From Pseudomonadota bacterium (GTDB lineage Bacteria; Bdellovibrionota_B; Oligoflexia; Oligoflexales; CAIMVM01), in the NCBI GenBank assembly GCA_037142195.1, contig JBAXBA010000067.1, forward strand, positions 1-21,221: a stretch of DNA of 21,221 bases, written 5' to 3'. The notes beneath the pieces were generated by a model. The model saw only the letters and a list, made by a program, of their open reading frames with translations. It was not told where the DNA came from and searched no databases. Shown here one piece after another: positions 8,449 to 16,803 of this stretch. How positions within the stretch are numbered: the stretch's first letter is position 1; each line of letters starts with the position of its first letter. The position numbers and the translations under genes are program-made.

Positions 8449-9243
8449 TTATCTGCTCTGAAACTCAGTCAGTTGATTGACAACTAACGATGCGGCAGCA
8501 AAACCAAAGCTCCCAGTAACAAAAGAGGAACTTCCGTAACCGTCACCACAGTCCAGTTTTAACGGCTTCTTTGTATCACAAGCGTCTGGAAAAACAGGCT
8601 GTTCATTGCTGTAAACCGCAAATATGCCATAATTTACTAGACCATTCATTCCATAAGTATTTCGTAAACGTTTTCTGACCTGCTTAAGCAGGGGATCTAC
8701 AGTCGTGTCTTTCAGGTCGCAAATTTTGATTTTGGTGGGGTCGGTTTTTCCTCCGGCACCACCTACAGTAACCACCTTCCTATTTTTTTTAAGGCAAGTG
8801 GCAAGAAGTAAAGCTTTATTGGAGAGAGAATCAATAGCATCCACCACGAAGTCATAATCTGGGACCAGAATTTCCTCTGAAGTTTGGGAGGTAAACCAAT
8901 CCGTAATGATATCGACTTTTAGATTAGGATTTATGAGAAGAAGGCGTTCCTTAAGAACATCTACTTTAGGGCGACCAATGGTCGTGCTAAGTGCTGGGAG
9001 CTGGCGATTGATATTAGAAATACATATCTCATCGGGATCGATCATGGTAATTTGACCCACGCCGGATCTTGCAAGTGACTCCACAACCCAGGAGCCAACG
9101 CCACCGACACCTACTACTGCGACATGGCTTTGATTCAGTCTGATCAGGCCCTGTTCTCCATAGATGCGGCCTATTCCAGCAAAACGAGCTGTCAAACTTT
9201 CGATTCCAGTATCGATTCCTGTTTCGCTTTCGATAAGACTCAC
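8449..9243 (-). CDS. tcdA: tRNA threonylcarbamoyladenosine dehydratase (ThiF/E1-like)
   Basis: GVGGVGSW, D.DEICISNINRQ, DAID, GGAGGKTDPT and C.DGYG...VTGSFG. GTG start with GGGAGG 5 nt upstream. Confidence 0.93.
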   Translation of the reverse strand: MSLIESETGIDTGIESLTARFAGIGRIYGEQGLIRLNQSHVAVVGVGGVGSWVVESLARSGVGQITMIDPDEICISNINRQLPALSTTIGRPKVDVLKERLLLINPNLKVDIITDWFTSQTSEEILVPDYDFVVDAIDSLSNKALLLATCLKKNRKVVTVGGAGGKTDPTKIKICDLKDTTVDPLLKQVRKRLRNTYGMNGLVNYGIFAVYSNEQPVFPDACDTKKPLKLDCGDGYGSSSFVTGSFGFAAASLVVNQLTEFQSR

Positions 9244-9262
9244 TCATGCCTCCCAGGGCTCG

Positions 9263-9292
9263 ATAGATAGTGGGTGAATACCCCAGTGTCAA
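9263..9292 (-). promoter_or_regulatory. Possible sigma70 promoter of tcdA-tatD
   Basis: Minus strand TTGACA-N17-TATCTA(T). Perfect -35, imperfect -10. Confidence 0.45.
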
Positions 9293-9403
9293 GGAAAACC
9301 AAAAATTCCGGATTGTTTTTAGTCACCTACAAAAAAAATCGTAGCATCCCCCACCAATAGGTTCTAAAATACCCCAAATCTCTAAAAATTGCGGGAGAGT
9401 CCA

Positions 9404-11833
9404 ATGACTCTAAAAATCAGAAAAGCTGTCGTACTTGGTGCTGGAGTCATGGGGGCCCAAATTGCTGCGCATATTTCAGCCGCTGGCATTCGAACTTGGC
9501 TTCTTGACCTAGAAAGCGAAGAGCCTCCCAAGGATCCCAAAGTAGCCAAGGCGGTAGGAAAGAATTTTAGATCCAGCCGAGCTCTCTTAGCTTTGGAAGG
9601 GCTCAAGAAACTAAAGCCATCTCCTCTGATGTTGGACAGCATTCCTGAATCGATTATCCCAGGAAACTTTGCCGACGACCTATCGGTAATTGCGGATTGC
9701 GACTGGGTTATTGAAGTGGTTGTTGAAAAGCTAGAAATCAAAAAAGCAATCCATAAAAGAATTAGTGAATACAAACGCCCAGGCGTCGCCGTCACCACCA
9801 ATACTTCAGGAATCCCCCTCAATGAGATCGTGGCAGACTTAGATGAGTCTTACGCCCGTGACTTTTTTGGAACTCATTTTTTTAACCCTCCTCGCTATAT
9901 GAACCTCCTAGAGGTTATCCCGACTAACAGAACTGATGGCCAATTATTTGCAGCCATGAGTCAATGGCTTTCTGAAACCCTAGGAAAAGGGATTGTCGTC
10001 GCAAACGACACTGTGAATTTTATAGCGAATCGTATTGGAGTCCTTTCTCTTCAATCCACGCTTCACCATATTCAAGACTTAAAGATTAATTTTGAGACTA
10101 CCGATTTACTCACCGGCAAATTGATGGGCCGACCTTCCTCAGGCACTTTACGAACTATGGACGTCGTGGGCCTTGATACCTGCGCTCATGTAGCTAAAAA
10201 TGTTTACGACAAAGCACCCGATGATCCCATGAGAGAACTTTTCGCTGCTCCTGCCTGGATGATAAAACTTATCGCTGCCGGAGCTCTAGGACAGAAAACC
10301 GCCGATAAGGGCTGCTTTAGCAAAGTTAAAGACAACAAAGGGAAGAGTGAGATTTTAGCCTACCGCCCTGAGTCTGATAGCTATGAAAAACAGGCGCCTG
10401 AATCCTTTCCATGGCTAGCAGATGCTGAAAAAGAGAAAGACCTTATTAAGAGACTTACTTCTATTTTAGACCGAGATGATCGTGGATCTGAGTTGATCTG
10501 GCGGATTTTACGGGATACGTTTTCCTATTCTGCCATGCTCTGCAATGAGATCGCTTCAGGAGAGGTGAGGCGAATTGACGATGCGATTCGCTGGGGATTT
10601 AACTGGGAGATGGGACCTTTTGAGCTTTGGCAAGCATTAGGCTTTGAAAAAATACTCACCAGACTTAAAAAAGACAAGGCTCCCTTGCCTGATTGGATCA
10701 AGGCCGGACTGACTTTTTACAGTCCCGAACCGGGCTCTGCTGCAGCTGAAGTTGAGGGATATCGTGAGCAGTTTCACTCGACTCTTAAAAAAATGCAGAA
10801 GCTTAAAGAAGAGTCCTATAAATATAGACTTTCAGGCCGAGAGTCCCGCGACGACAAACGAGTGGTTCTCAGCAATAAAGCAGCAAGTTTACTGAACATG
10901 GGTGATGGAGTCTCTCTTCTTGTGTTTCATACTAAAATGAACGCTTTAGACATGGATCTCCTGGAGCTCACTCAAAAAGCGCTAGAAGCTACGGGAAAGA
11001 ATTTTGACGCCATGGTTATCGGCAACCAGGGACCGGCTTTTTCAGCCGGTGCCAATCTCAAGATGCTTGCTGAGTTTATCGAAAAGAAAAACTGGGACGG
11101 CATTGACCAAATGCTGCGAACCTCCCAAGGTACCTTGCAAATGCTTAAGTATGCACCTTTCCCTACGGTCGCTTGCCCCCACGGTATGACGTTGGGTGGA
11201 GGCTGTGAGGTAAGCCTTCATGCCAGCCATCGCCTGGTGACAGCAGAAACCTATGCAGGTCTTGTGGAAGTCGGAGTAGGCCTCATTCCGGGTGCAGGGG
11301 GAACGAAAGAATTAGCCCTTCGCGCCTATGATGCTGCCATGGGAGGCGAAAAAACGGATCCTACTAGCTTTCTTCAAAAGAGCTTTCAATTGATTGCAAT
11401 GGGCCAAGTATCGTCATCGGGCTATCACGCTAGAGCTATGGGGCTCTATCCTGAAAACCGAACCCTTGTGACGATGTCCAGAGAACATCAGCTTTCAGAA
11501 GCTAAAGATCTGGCACGATTTGCAGTAAGAATGGGATACCTACCTTCTTCACCAAGATCTGGAATCAAAGTGCTGGGAGATGGGGGCCTTAATACGTTCC
11601 GCATGGCCCTTTACAATATGGTGCAAGGAAAAATGATTTCACCCTATGATAGTTTTGTTGCCGAAAAAGTCGCCTTGGTTCTCTGCGGAGGAGAGATTGA
11701 CGCTGGCACCCCTGTCGATGAAGCTTGGTTTTTAGATCTCGAACGAAGAGTCTTCATAGAGCTTTGTCAACAAGAAAAAACGAAAGAAAGAATTCTATTT
11801 ATGCTTGCCAATGGAAAACCACTGCGAAATTAA
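9404..11833 (+). CDS. fadN: 3-hydroxyacyl-CoA dehydrogenase/enoyl-CoA hydratase (FadN architecture: dehydrogenase N-terminal, hydratase C-terminal)
   Basis: GAGVMG Rossmann motif, NTSG, HFFNPPRYM, FIANRIG, then crotonase motifs FSAGANL, GGGCE and GLVEVGVGLIPGAGG. Start moved to ATG 9404 (SD GGGAG). Confidence 0.93.
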   Translation: MTLKIRKAVVLGAGVMGAQIAAHISAAGIRTWLLDLESEEPPKDPKVAKAVGKNFRSSRALLALEGLKKLKPSPLMLDSIPESIIPGNFADDLSVIADCDWVIEVVVEKLEIKKAIHKRISEYKRPGVAVTTNTSGIPLNEIVADLDESYARDFFGTHFFNPPRYMNLLEVIPTNRTDGQLFAAMSQWLSETLGKGIVVANDTVNFIANRIGVLSLQSTLHHIQDLKINFETTDLLTGKLMGRPSSGTLRTMDVVGLDTCAHVAKNVYDKAPDDPMRELFAAPAWMIKLIAAGALGQKTADKGCFSKVKDNKGKSEILAYRPESDSYEKQAPESFPWLADAEKEKDLIKRLTSILDRDDRGSELIWRILRDTFSYSAMLCNEIASGEVRRIDDAIRWGFNWEMGPFELWQALGFEKILTRLKKDKAPLPDWIKAGLTFYSPEPGSAAAEVEGYREQFHSTLKKMQKLKEESYKYRLSGRESRDDKRVVLSNKAASLLNMGDGVSLLVFHTKMNALDMDLLELTQKALEATGKNFDAMVIGNQGPAFSAGANLKMLAEFIEKKNWDGIDQMLRTSQGTLQMLKYAPFPTVACPHGMTLGGGCEVSLHASHRLVTAETYAGLVEVGVGLIPGAGGTKELALRAYDAAMGGEKTDPTSFLQKSFQLIAMGQVSSSGYHARAMGLYPENRTLVTMSREHQLSEAKDLARFAVRMGYLPSSPRSGIKVLGDGGLNTFRMALYNMVQGKMISPYDSFVAEKVALVLCGGEIDAGTPVDEAWFLDLERRVFIELCQQEKTKERILFMLANGKPLRN

Positions 11834-11855
11834 AAAAAATATTAAGGAGCGATCC

Positions 11856-13034
11856 ATGAAAGCTGTATATCTCGTTTCTCCCCTGAGGAGTCCCATAGGA
11901 AAAGCATTTAAAGGAGGTCTAGCGACTTCGAGGCCAGATAATTTCTGCGCTGATGTTGTAAGGGCTGTTGTCAAGCAAGCAGGGGACTTTGATCCAGGCC
12001 TCATCGAAGATTTGATTCTAGGCTGTGCGATGCCAGAAGCCGAACAGGGCATGAATATTGGACGAATGGTCGGCTTACTTGCAGGTCTTCCTGAAACCGT
12101 ACCCGGCGTCACTGTGAACCGATTTTGCAGCTCAGGTCTTCAGACCATTGCCATGGCTTATGAAAGAATCGCTTCTGAGCAAGCAGATTGTATTCTAGCA
12201 GGGGGTGTGGAGTCCATGTCAGCCGTGCCCATGATGGGACATAAGATCGTCGGAAGCCGTAAGATCATGGATACCCGCCCCGACATGTATCTTTCCATGG
12301 GACTCACAGCTGAAAATGTCGCGGAAGACTTTAAAATCACTCGAGATGAGCAAGATGAGTTTAGCTTCGAGTCCCATCGAAAGGCGTCCAAAGCCATCGC
12401 AGAAGGTATGTTTCACGATGAGATTGTACCCATAGATGTGGAAAGACGAAGGCCCGGTAAAAATGGACAGGTTATCGTTGATACAATGAAATTTGCCATG
12501 GATGACGGACCGCGAGCCGACACCACTTTAGAAGCTTTAAAAGCCTTAAGAACGGCCTTCAAAATGGGTGGGTCCGTAAGTGCAGGAAGCTCCAGTCAAA
12601 TGTCAGACGGAGCGGCAATGACCCTAGTCTGTTCTGAAGACTTTGTGAAGAAACACAATTTAAAGCCTATGGCGCGCTTTTTAGGATTCTCGGTCGCAGG
12701 CGTTCCGCCTCGAGTTATGGGAATCGGACCCATCGAAGCCATTGGCAAGGTTTTGAAACGCACAGGCATAAAGCTATCTGATCTAGACCACATCGAACTT
12801 AATGAAGCCTTTGCGGCTCAGGCACTAGCGGTCATCAAAACCGTGGGTTTGGATCCCAAAAAGGTAAACCCCTATGGTGGTGCCATCGCCTTAGGCCATC
12901 CTCTTGGCGCCACGGGAGCTAAGCTTGTGGCTACAGCGTGCCACGCCCTCAAAAGAAATCAAGGAAAGTACGGTTTGATCACCATGTGCATCGGCACGGG
13001 CATGGGAGCTGCCGGCCTTATTGAAAGAGTCTGA
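11856..13034 (+). CDS. fadA: Acetyl-CoA acyltransferase (3-ketoacyl-CoA thiolase)
   Basis: NRFCSSG, NEAFA, GHPLGATG and CIGTGMG catalytic motifs. ATG 11856 with SD AAGGAG. Operon with fadN. Confidence 0.96.
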   Translation: MKAVYLVSPLRSPIGKAFKGGLATSRPDNFCADVVRAVVKQAGDFDPGLIEDLILGCAMPEAEQGMNIGRMVGLLAGLPETVPGVTVNRFCSSGLQTIAMAYERIASEQADCILAGGVESMSAVPMMGHKIVGSRKIMDTRPDMYLSMGLTAENVAEDFKITRDEQDEFSFESHRKASKAIAEGMFHDEIVPIDVERRRPGKNGQVIVDTMKFAMDDGPRADTTLEALKALRTAFKMGGSVSAGSSSQMSDGAAMTLVCSEDFVKKHNLKPMARFLGFSVAGVPPRVMGIGPIEAIGKVLKRTGIKLSDLDHIELNEAFAAQALAVIKTVGLDPKKVNPYGGAIALGHPLGATGAKLVATACHALKRNQGKYGLITMCIGTGMGAAGLIERV

Positions 13035-13294
13035 GATTCTGAAGTCATCTTTTTAGGTCTGGGCCTTTTACGAAAGGAATACCAGTGACATGTGTATTGA
13101 AGCGTCATGAAAATGCTATTTCATTTATGATATATAGCCAGCGAAAATCCTATTCGCTTAAAGTGATGATCTGACTCGCTCGGAGGATGCCCTTTCCAGT
13201 CACAAATCGATTTGTATAGTTGGACAGGTCATCGTGAGTAACGAGGACAGTTGCCTGCCCCCGCCCTCGGGTGAATAGACCAAAGGTTTTTGAC

Positions 13295-13573
13295 TCATTC
13301 GGCAGAGACGAGCCCTAGTTTAGCGAGAATCGCTTGGTTCCCTACAGGTTCTGCTTCGTCACATACAGCGCCGACTGCCAATTCAGCTTGATTTGGCGCA
13401 CCGACTTTGCGAACAATCAGAACATCTAAAGGACCTGCTAAAGCATTCGCAATCTGAGCTGCAACAGGCACCCCACCGCGAGGTAGAGCTAGTACAATAA
13501 CAGAATCCTTTATATCTCCCTGAAGTTTTTGAGATAAAAGTTGTCCTGCATGCCTTCGGTCTTTAAAGATCAT
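13295..13573 (-). pseudogene. Truncated phosphoribosyltransferase (COG1926; Rv0571c/Rv2030c N-terminal type)
   Basis: MIFKDRRHAGQLL, VLALPRGGVPVA and LDVLIVRKVGAP.QAELAVGAV are diagnostic. It stops after 92 aa, before the VDDGxATG PRPP-binding loop. SD GGAG before ATG 13573. Confidence 0.85.
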
Positions 13574-13675
13574 TTTGTAACTCCAACAAGGCGCTGCTTG
13601 CATTAGAGATCTCAATGCACTCTAAATATTCTGCAAGCTCGTCACATCTGCTGTGCGAAAGGCAGAATTAATAAG

Positions 13676-13691
13676 CGGAACACTTCTTGCT
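13676..13691 (+). promoter_or_regulatory. Sigma54 (RpoN) -24/-12 promoter of the host-attachment gene
   Basis: CGGAACACTTCTTGCT: GG (13677-78)-N10-GC (13689-90) with TTGCT, 26 nt upstream of the ATG. SD GGGAGG follows. Confidence 0.7.
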
Positions 13692-13717
13692 TATAAATCA
13701 GCAACGGGAGGATTCTT

Positions 13718-14182
13718 ATGCATTGGTATATTGTGGCCGACAAAAAAGTAGCGCGTATTTTCGTGAAAGTGCCGGAGAATTCTCAATTGAAACTTCTTCA
13801 GTCCTTAACCAATCCATTAGGAACTGCAAGAAGAAGAGATTTGATAAAGAAACAAGCAGGCCGCGGAGTAAAGTCCACAGGTCATACAAGCTCCATAAAC
13901 TATTCGATTCCAAAGCGTCACGATCCTGATGAGGACGCCATCACCCAGTTTTCCAGAGAGCTCGCACGCTTTTTGGAAAGCGAAAAACTGAAAAGAAATT
14001 TTGACTCTATGTCTGTAATAGCATCCCCTCATCTTCTCGGTAAAGTCAAAGCGGAAATGAGCCCGGCGCTAAAACAGTATGTCACAAATTGGATCAAGAA
14101 AGATTTGCAGAAATACCCTTCAAAAAAGCTGAGCGATTTTTTAATACCGGCCGAAAAGTCTGAACATATTGCTTTTTTGTGA
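13718..14182 (+). CDS. Host attachment family protein (PF10116-like; bacterial aeRF1-related domain)
   Basis: WYIVAD..ARIF, F.RELARFL, FD.MSVIASPHLLG.VK and KKDL pattern. 154 aa, strong SD. Confidence 0.88.
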   Translation: MHWYIVADKKVARIFVKVPENSQLKLLQSLTNPLGTARRRDLIKKQAGRGVKSTGHTSSINYSIPKRHDPDEDAITQFSRELARFLESEKLKRNFDSMSVIASPHLLGKVKAEMSPALKQYVTNWIKKDLQKYPSKKLSDFLIPAEKSEHIAFL

Positions 14183-14487
14183 ACCGATATTCACTCTGAT
14201 TAACTAATAAGCCTTTGAGACTAGGCCTTGGGCATTTTAAAACTGAACCGCTCAGTCTTCTTAATCAATCGGCTTAGCGCCCTCGATTTTTGTCCTAAAA
14301 TGCTTATCGTGATCTGCCAGTGCGCATAGGCAATGCTCGCCCACTTATGGGATTTGGTGGTTTTGCGTTCAAAAAAAAACACCTAAGACTGACGGATGAT
14401 TAGCTGCGGGAGAAGCATTTTTAAGGAGCACTTCACTCTTCGTTCGCGGGCATTGGTTCACTTATTATGTCTGCATTCCATTTCCAA

Positions 14488-14790
14488 CTAAAAAAAGTTT
14501 TTGGTATTCATGCTGTAGTTAGGTTGCCGAGTTCCAGCTGCTTGGGACCACGCTTTGGCTCTATTACCAGAAGAAAGCAACCATGATTTGTCTTCATACA
14601 ATTCCATGCCGTCCTTGCAAAGAAGCTTTCCAAGGACTTTGTAAAACCTCTCAGCCCGGTTTTAGAATTTGAAAACAAAACACTGATCGCCACCGAATCT
14701 AACTTGGTTTGTATTTCGTTTTAAGTGCGAAATAGCGCGCAAATGGTACTCTTGCTCATTTGAGCTATGCCTAATTGAGATGGACTTTTC
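14488..14790 (-). pseudogene. Possible degraded ORF of unknown family
   Basis: A minus frame of about 100 codons with one internal TAA (14662-14664): EKSISIRHSSNEQEYHLRAISHLKRNTNQVRFGGDQCFVFKF*NRAERFYKVLGKLLCKDGMELYEDKSWLLSSGNRAKAWSQAAG...FF. Confidence 0.3.
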
Positions 14791-14880
14791 CTAACGCTTA
14801 GCTGTGCTTGCTAATGGTTGCCATTATGACAAGCTGCTAAAAACCACTTCCGTAGACAAAGGATTTTTGGACCGAAAATT

Positions 14881-15516
14881 CTAGACGGGTTTAGAATTTG
14901 AAACCCTTGATTTAAACCAACCCACAATCATGGGAAGTATGGAAACGAAAACCACGCCCACAATCAGAAAATGAATATTTTCTTCAATATTGGGAACTTG
15001 TTTGGCCAAATAATACCCGCCTAAAAGCATAGACCAAATCCAGAGAACACCACCAAAAATATTATAGGCTAGGAAATGCTTGTAAGGCATTCCGGCAATC
15101 CCCGCCACGGTGGGAGCAAACGTCCTAATAATGGGAATAAACCGGGCAAACACGATGGTCTTTCCGCCGTGCTTTTCATAGAACTTTTGAGCCGCAAGAA
15201 GGTGGGCCTTTCTAAACAGTAAACTATCTTCTCTTTTAAAAAGTTTGGGTCCGGTAGCTTTTCCAATCCAAAATCCAACGGCATCACCTATGACTGCTGC
15301 AAAAGACAATAAGATCCCTGTCTGCCAAACATCAATAGTGCCCGTTGACGCGATGATTCCAGCAGAAATTAAAAGAGAATCGCCTGGAAGAAAAAAACCA
15401 AACAACAATCCAGTTTCCGCAAAAACGATAAAAATTAAACCGACAAGTCCCACCGCTGCTATGAGAGACTGAGGGTCTTTTAAATAACCAAACAACTGAT
15501 GAAATAGCTCAACCAT
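14881..15516 (-). CDS. dedA: DedA/VTT domain membrane protein
   Basis: IVFAETGLLFGFFLPGDSLL, GDAVGFWIG, FYEKHGGKTIVFARFIPIIRTFAP and FLAYN. Confidence 0.95.
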   Translation of the reverse strand: MVELFHQLFGYLKDPQSLIAAVGLVGLIFIVFAETGLLFGFFLPGDSLLISAGIIASTGTIDVWQTGILLSFAAVIGDAVGFWIGKATGPKLFKREDSLLFRKAHLLAAQKFYEKHGGKTIVFARFIPIIRTFAPTVAGIAGMPYKHFLAYNIFGGVLWIWSMLLGGYYLAKQVPNIEENIHFLIVGVVFVSILPMIVGWFKSRVSNSKPV

Positions 15517-15522
15517 AATTCT

Positions 15523-16734
15523 CTACTCTCCCTCTATGGCCTCAAGTAAGGAATCTCCCTTGGATTCTTCACTGGTCTCAACGGAAATCAAGGTTTTTTG
15601 CAACTTTCGAGTACGGACATGCACCTGATCTACCTGATCCGAAGCCTCTTTGAGTTTTTTAGATATTTTATCTACCACGTCCCCAAATCTTGAAAATTCG
15701 GACTTAACCGCACCAAGAACCTTCCAGACTTCACTGGAGCGCTTTTCTATAGCTAGAGTTTTAAAACCCATTTGCAAACTATTGAGCAGAGCTGCAAAAG
15801 TTGTAGGACCCGCAATGACAACTCTAAAATTTCTTTGAATATTATCTACCAGTCCTGGACGCCTCAGAACTTCGGCATACAACCCTTCTACCGGAAGAAA
15901 TAAAATAGCAAAATCGGTCGTGTAAGGAGGTTCCACATATTTTTGCTGGATCGATTTCGCCTCCAACTTGATGCGAGACTCCAAGGCTGCACCAAACTGC
16001 TCAATCAGCTGGCCATCAGCTCTCTCGTAGGCATCCAAAAGACGTTCATAATCTTCCTTGGGGAATTTAGCATCCACGGGGAGCAATACTTCTTCGTCTG
16101 CCCTACCTGGAAGCCTGATGGCAAACTCGACGATTTCCTTAGAATTTGGCTTAGTCGCTACATTTACCCGGTATTGCTCCACAGTCAATATTTCAGATAG
16201 CAAAGACTGAAGTTGTCTTTCACCCCAACCTCCCCTAGCTTTCACGTTGGTTAAAACTCTTTTTAAGTCTCCCACTCCTTGGGCTAAAACGGCCATTTCC
16301 CCTAACCCACGCTGGACGTCTTCTAAGCGTGTGCTGACTAATTTAAAACTTTCTCCAAGGCGGCGTTCGAGAGTGGACTGAAGTTTTTCTTCGACGACGG
16401 CCCTCATTTGTTCCAATCGATCCGAATTATCTTTTTGGATCGTATTTAACTTGGATTCCACTTTAGACTCGATAGCCTCCATACGAACAAACAGCGACTC
16501 GCCAAACCTCGACATGGTCGTTTGCAGTTCGTCCCGGGTTTGATAAAGAGCGCGACTTTGTTCCTCTCGGGATCTTGAAAATTCCTCCCGAAACATCATA
16601 TCGGAAGACTTAGACTGCTCATTCATTTGTTTTTCGAGAGACTTATCTCGCCTCAAGAGCAAAAAAAGCTGCAAAAAAACAAGCATCAAAGAAGCTACTA
16701 AAAGAATGCTATTTAGCTCGACGCCTGACGTCAA
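15523..16734 (-). CDS. rmuC: DNA recombination protein RmuC
   Basis: N-terminal TM, coiled coil, LTNVKARGGWGE, LPVDAKFP, DFAILFLPVEGLYAE and GPTT..ALLNSLQMGF. TTG start with AGGAG. Confidence 0.96.
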   Translation of the reverse strand: MTSGVELNSILLVASLMLVFLQLFLLLRRDKSLEKQMNEQSKSSDMMFREEFSRSREEQSRALYQTRDELQTTMSRFGESLFVRMEAIESKVESKLNTIQKDNSDRLEQMRAVVEEKLQSTLERRLGESFKLVSTRLEDVQRGLGEMAVLAQGVGDLKRVLTNVKARGGWGERQLQSLLSEILTVEQYRVNVATKPNSKEIVEFAIRLPGRADEEVLLPVDAKFPKEDYERLLDAYERADGQLIEQFGAALESRIKLEAKSIQQKYVEPPYTTDFAILFLPVEGLYAEVLRRPGLVDNIQRNFRVVIAGPTTFAALLNSLQMGFKTLAIEKRSSEVWKVLGAVKSEFSRFGDVVDKISKKLKEASDQVDQVHVRTRKLQKTLISVETSEESKGDSLLEAIEGE

Positions 16735-16803
16735 CTTAATCTCCTAGACCTATATTGGATCCGAGCGAGCATATCTTAAAGTTAAGCTATCGCCAAGTCT
16801 AGG

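Noticed and set aside
9029..9292. Alternative-frame ORF over the tcdA 5' end (ATG at 9247)
   Set aside because: The SD is only 1 nt from that ATG but 5 nt from the tcdA GTG, and the peptide looks like out-of-frame text.
9362..9417. Three TCTAAAA(A)T copies around the fadN start as an operator
   Set aside because: Short, AT-rich and irregularly spaced; cannot be distinguished from chance.
13150..13296. Shifted frame after the PRTase stop (…RGRGQATVLVTHDDLS…) as its frameshifted continuation
   Set aside because: No intact VDDGxATG loop, and the distance is too short for the missing helix; the similarity is too weak.
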